Positions 55,001 to 61,000 of a stretch of DNA of 64,000 nt are shown here, piece by piece; the stretch's first letter is position 1, and every line of letters starts with the position of its first letter. Position numbers and translations under genes: made by a program. The DNA lies in the NCBI GenBank assembly GCA_037305845.1, contig CP147778.1:2656001-2720000 (forward strand). The letters run 5' to 3'. The DNA is from Candidatus Freyarchaeum deiterrae (GTDB taxonomy: Archaea > Asgardarchaeota > Jordiarchaeia > Jordiarchaeales > Jordiarchaeaceae). Below the pieces are notes generated by a model. That model was given only the letters and a program-made list of their open reading frames with translations. It was not told the DNA's origin and made no database searches.

Positions 55001-58000
55001 GAGAATAATGTTCAGGGTGAGGCGAATGCTAAACTAGATTTGTACAAGGAGTTTATGCTTTCTCTCAGAGGTGTTATAGACCCACCGGTGAACTATACTG
55101 CTGGTGGTGACTACCGTAATGTGAATATGACGGTTAGACTGTATGTGCAGTACTTCTACGCGAACAATTCGGCTATCCCGAACGGCACCATTCTGTTCAA
55201 TGAGACCACCATCAACTATCTTGATAATAATAACTGGATTAGCTATGTTCTTGATGTTCCCAGTAAAGCTCCGGCTGGCGCTAGTAAATGGACTCCCCTT
55301 ATCCGGACTGTGGGTCGCCCTGCGGACAGCTTCTGCCACCTGTTCCTCGACGATATGAAGTGCCCCCAGACCTACCAGACTTCGCAGCAGAACACGAGTG
55401 CTAATATTGCTTGGGTGGCGGGAGATGGACACGGGCATGTTTTGAACTGCTCTAGCACTGGTAGCGGGGACTCGACCATTTGGGATCAGGTTTTGAATAT
55501 TCCCTTCTCACCCGACCTAATGTTCAACTTCGACATTAACCCGATTAATGGTGGTGGTGGTGGTGGTGGTGGCTGGTGGTTGGGATTGAAGTTCCGGGTG
55601 CAGCTTTACGAGTTTTTAACCAGCTACAACGTTACGCTGAACGTTACCTCTCCCACCAGTTATGTGGGTCCTATGGATGTTAATCTGAGCTTTGAGAATG
55701 GGACCTGTTTTAAGGGTAGTTTGTTTGTGATGGAGGATAACGCGACTCATGTTCCCTTCACCGTGAGGAATCAGACCGTTTTAGGAGACTATGTTTTGAA
55801 CATGAGTATCAGCATTCTTGCGAATGTTTCTGCGGGTGAGACTAAGCAGTATAAGATATTTTGGTCGGATTACGATAATCCTTTGCCTGATCTGGTTTCT
55901 CCGAATCTTAGGGTTGTGAATTGGACTGATAATACTCAGGGCAAGAATGTTTCCGTGAACTGCACCGCTACGGATGCGAACATGAGCCGAATGGTTCTGC
56001 ACTACTATGATGGTTCTGCTAATTGCAGTAAGGACATGGTTTTGAAGTCTGGTTTCTACGTGGGGAATTTCTCCTACTCTGGGTCTTACCAGTTTTGGGT
56101 AGAGGCTTTCGATAATTGCAGTAATCCGATGAGGACTTGGACTTACCCCGGTAATCCGCCAGTTTTGAATGTTAATATGAGTGAGAGTGAGGTCTATATA
56201 CGCGACAGCATTCCTGCGGGCACCGATTCTGTTTGGCTATATTACAGTGATGGTGCTCAGAAGTGTCTGAATAGCACGGAGGATAGTTTGACTTACGGTT
56301 ACCGGTTGGATTGCGTTAGGGGTGGTTGGAACCAGTTCCTGCGTCTTCCTTATTCGGATATCTTGGAGATTTTCACTCTTCGTTATGAGAGCCTGCCCTC
56401 TTGGCAGCCTATGGTTTTGGAGAGGATTGAGGGAGGCGGTCTTGGTAATAGTAGTTATATGCTTGATAATATTAAGTGGGGGTTGTATCCGAGGACGGTT
56501 CTTGACTACTCTAGTCAGAGCGCTATGAACTTCTACTTCAGCTATGACCCCAGCATTCCCGTGGTGAAAATTGTTTCGGGGCGTATTATTAGCGGCGGTG
56601 CGGCTTTGCTTAATGCTACTTGCAGCGATATTCCTTCACAGACTTTGAATGAAACCACAGCAGGAATTGGACGGGTGGAGTATACTGTTTCTAACAGTAC
56701 GAGTGTGGTTTATAATTCGACCATGGTGAAGCAACATGCGGACAACAACGATACTACTTACGTTTATACTGATTTCTGGTACGATTACTTCGATTCAACT
56801 ACGCTTCCAGACGGCTTCTACAAGCTGAACGTGAGTGCTTGGGATAATTCTGGGAATCGGGCGGATGACACACAGTACATTATAGTTTATAATAGTAGGC
56901 CTAAAGTGGAGTTTCTCAACGTTTATGATAACCTGAGTGTGGGCCGGGTTCTCAGTGTGCTTGCGAGAACCACTGATGTGTTTGATGTGACCAACACTAG
57001 CCTCACGGTTACCAATATTGGTACAGGTAATACTACGGTTTACAATATGAAGGAGGGTTACTTCCAGAAGCAGAATATCTGGACTTATAACGTCCTGTTT
57101 AACCAGAGCGGAAGGTACACCTTGAGCTGTAATGCTACAGACTACTTCGGCGTGGGAAGTGATGTTGTACGTGTGAATATTTCTGTGGACGCGAGTCTGC
57201 CCAGTGTGATTATTAACTCTCCGCAGCCGAATGAGTGGGTTAGTGGGCAGTATCTCCTCAATGTTACAGCTTTTGATGATAACAATATTAGTAGTGTGCG
57301 GTGGAGGGTGTACGTTATCGCGAACGAGACTACCGGGCGTTTGGAGATTCCCTATGGTTACAGTGATGTTTGGAACGATACTTCTTCTATTGGTGGCGGC
57401 ATTTACACGGCTGTTTGGAATACCACTTCTCTTAATGCAAGCGAGTCACTGATTCATCGCTACGTGGTGGTGTTTAAGGTGTCTGACAATAACACCATCC
57501 CGAATACTGTTTATAGCAATGTGACGATTTGCGTGGATAACACTGTGCCCTATATTATTGATGGCCCTAGTGTTGTGGCTCAGAACAATGTGGAGGAGGG
57601 TAAGAATGTTGAGGGCTTCACCAAGGAGACGAATGAGAACGGCACCGTTATCTACACCAAGTTTGTCAACGCTAGTTTGACCTTTGCGGTTAGTGACGAG
57701 AGGCTGATGAAATACTATGATATTGAGCATAATACGAGTCAGGCTAATCTGGAGGCATATCTTGGTTGCTTGGGCATGACAATTCTCGATGAGTATGAGA
57801 ATGGGAGCAGGTTTTACTCTGATTGCTCCGTGATGAGCGGTTCTAACGGGGTTTTCTTTGTCGTTGAGAACTACACTCTGGTTAGTGGAATGCACAATCT
57901 GACATTGACGGTTAGTGACCTGGCTGGGAACACGAACCGAAGCATCCGAAAGGTTGACATAGTAGTGGACCAGACGGCGCCGATTGTGATTCCTATTCTG

Positions 58001-61000
58001 CCTAGAACTGGCATGTGGCTCAAACGAGTTATCAACGCCAACTGGATTCTGGGGTCTTTCATGGGCGCTCTTTATTGGCTTGATAGTCTATTTGATACAG
58101 AAACATCTATCCCTGACTGGAGCGAAGGTGTTCTCTTCGGCGTGTATGTTGACGACCTTGCTTCTCCAGTATTAACCAATACAATCTATTTGGACCTGTC
58201 TAATCGTCTTATACACTTTGGACCAATGACACCAGACTACTATCCATGGATAGGTATGTTTAATGATTTCTCTGAACGAGGAGCGTTAAACCGTATTGTT
58301 CAAGCTATAAATAATTTAAGTGACTCTGATGCAGATTTGCTTTATTCGTTTCTTGCATGCAGCGGGTACAATGATTTAGGTCTCATGAAATTTGAAAGAT
58401 TGTACAGCGATAAGGTTTTCTGGTACGGTGTGGCTTTCACACCACTTGATTTCTTATTTAACATTTTGAGCCTTAGCTGCCTTAATCCTACTACATTTAC
58501 ATGCAAATTCACGGCTTGGGATAAGGCAGGCAATGAAGGATACGCTTATTCCACGTTTGGCATTATTCCTTACGCTGATCGATTTTTCCTTCAAATGCAA
58601 GGATCAGATAATTGTTTCTATGGATACGCATCGTTTGATGCTTACGTTAAAACGATTCAGCAGGAGATTGAGAACGCCCACCAGCAGGGAAACGGAACCA
58701 GTCAGGGAACCAGTTCAAGTCAGGGAAACGGAACCAGTCAGGGGGGAGCTGTCCAGTATGTAGACATGTCAGTTTCCACGCCTCTATCAAACATTATTGT
58801 GAATTCTAGCAGTCTGTCCAGTGGTTCTGATACACTTAACTCCCAGAGTTGTGGTGTTTGTGGCGGAGGAACTGGTAGCGTTAGTGGTAATGAGACTGGC
58901 TGGGCTCCAGTCGAGAACCTGGCTACCGTGGAGCAGGCTTTGAACTATGAATTAAGCGGGGATGTTTCGTTCCTTCCCTGGATGAAATTTAATTTCCGAG
59001 TGTTTGGAGCACCCAGAGACATTAGTTTGAATGTAAAGTTCGGTGTAGCCCCGTGTGTTCGACTGTTCTTTGACCCGCTGAGCTTTGAGGAGTACGGAAG
59101 CAAGGATGATAGTGTGCTTCTACGCGCTACTCCTGATACTTGGAACACTTTCACTATACCCTTGTACCGGATGGCCAGGTCTCTCGGCTTGTTTAATGGT
59201 TTAAACGCTCCCACGAACATTAGCACGATTAGTGTCAGCGCTTACGGTGAGCGTAAGACTTGGGAGAGGCGGGCGGTTTTCGACAACTTCTGGGTCGCGA
59301 CACCGGTTCCTCTGGTTGAGGATTATGCTGAGAAGGCGGCTCTCTCCCGCGACAACTATTACAAGGTTCTAAATGTTACTAAGGAGAGTAATTTTGAGGT
59401 TTTGAAGCAGGACATTTCTGAGGTTTTCGCGGCGAGCTACATGGGGGACTTTGAGTATCTGGCAGCGGTTTTGGGGAATTTCACTCAGCACCTGTTCCCG
59501 TCGGGTGAGATGGCTGAGTTCACGGGCGCCTCTGTCCGAGTCGTGAGCTACAACAACAGTCTGAATGAGAGTGTGCCCCTGTTCGTGGTGTACAGCTTCC
59601 CAGAGGGGCTTGAGAATGTTTCCCTGTTAGCTGCCTATAACTATACTAATATTCCTAACCTGGATCTTTCACGCGAGGCTGTGCTTAATGCTAATATCAC
59701 GCAATTGTGCCAGCTTTTGGCTCAGGGCGGAGGTGTGCTTAAGCCTTACGGCTTGAGTGATGCGGATTTAGCGTACTTGCCGTATGGTGCGGCGAGCTTC
59801 GTTATTGTGAATGATACGGTTTGTATAGACCGTTTGAGTGCGAAGCCGTGTACCATTCAGACTGTGTTGGCTACGATTGCTAGTATTGCGGAGAGGGTGT
59901 GGAATCAAAAGTGTGTGGCTCAGGTTGTGGAGCAGGAACAGGAGGCCCAGCAGATTGAGGCTTTGAGGGCTTTTATTAACGAGGAGGCCTATCGGGTTGA
60001 TACGTTCAATAAGTTGTTGGCTGCCTTGCAGTGGGTTAACTACATGCACCCCTACAACTGGGACCGAAAGAGCTTCGATACCCTTATCGACCCCAACACC
60101 AGTCCTTACTGGCTCTCCTACACTTACGCTAGTTGGGGCAACGCGACCGGTTACGAGTTGCTAAGCGAGTGTCTCGCTAACATAACCCAGATGCTGGACT
60201 TTGGCGACTACTTCGGTGCCCCACCAGTCTTCATCACATCCGGCGAGTATAACCGTACTGCGGATGCAGCGGGCGAGAAATGCGTACTCATCTACAAGGC
60301 CCTGGAGAGAAACCCCAGCTGGAATTACCTTTTGGGCGCGGTTCAGGGAGAGGTTTTATGTGCAGTGTTCAACGACACTAATGTTTTGAACGTAGCTAAG
60401 GAGTTCGGGAGAAGGGCGAACTCCACACTAGCGGATGTTTACGTTTACCTCACGGAAATGGCTTTCATGTACACCAGACCCTACAACACAGAGGAAATAA
60501 TGAATAGCCCGGCACTTGACGCCTTAGGACAACTGTTCAGTGGTGCTACAAACATTGTTGACCAGATTGGTAGCCAAGTTCAGAATCTGATTCAATACTT
60601 CACAGCCGTCCCATTTGTCAACTTGGTTTCCACTCTCAATGCTCTCTTTACTCAGAAGTTCGACCAAAAATGCATATCGCTGGGCATAGATAATTACGTG
60701 GAGTGGCTCGCCCAGCAGGACGAAGCGAGTCTCAATGACTTTGGCGATAATAATACTTATGATTCTGGAACTATATCCGCATTAGACCCTGGAGAGACGC
60801 TAGGCGAATCAGCATCAAATAATTCCATGCCCACAAATGGTTATGATGTTTCCAGCAGCTCAGTGCCTCCAAGCACTGGCCAAGTCATTCAGCAAAACAG
60901 TTTATACTCCAACGTAAACGCCATATGGGATGCAATCTTAACAAATCCGCTTACCATTTACGCCTATGAATACACTAAATCTGATTGGAGAACTCCAAAG

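Noticed and set aside
55550-55573. (GGT)n tract as a phase-variation site
   Set aside because: It is a triplet repeat coding poly-Gly, so slippage would not shift the frame.
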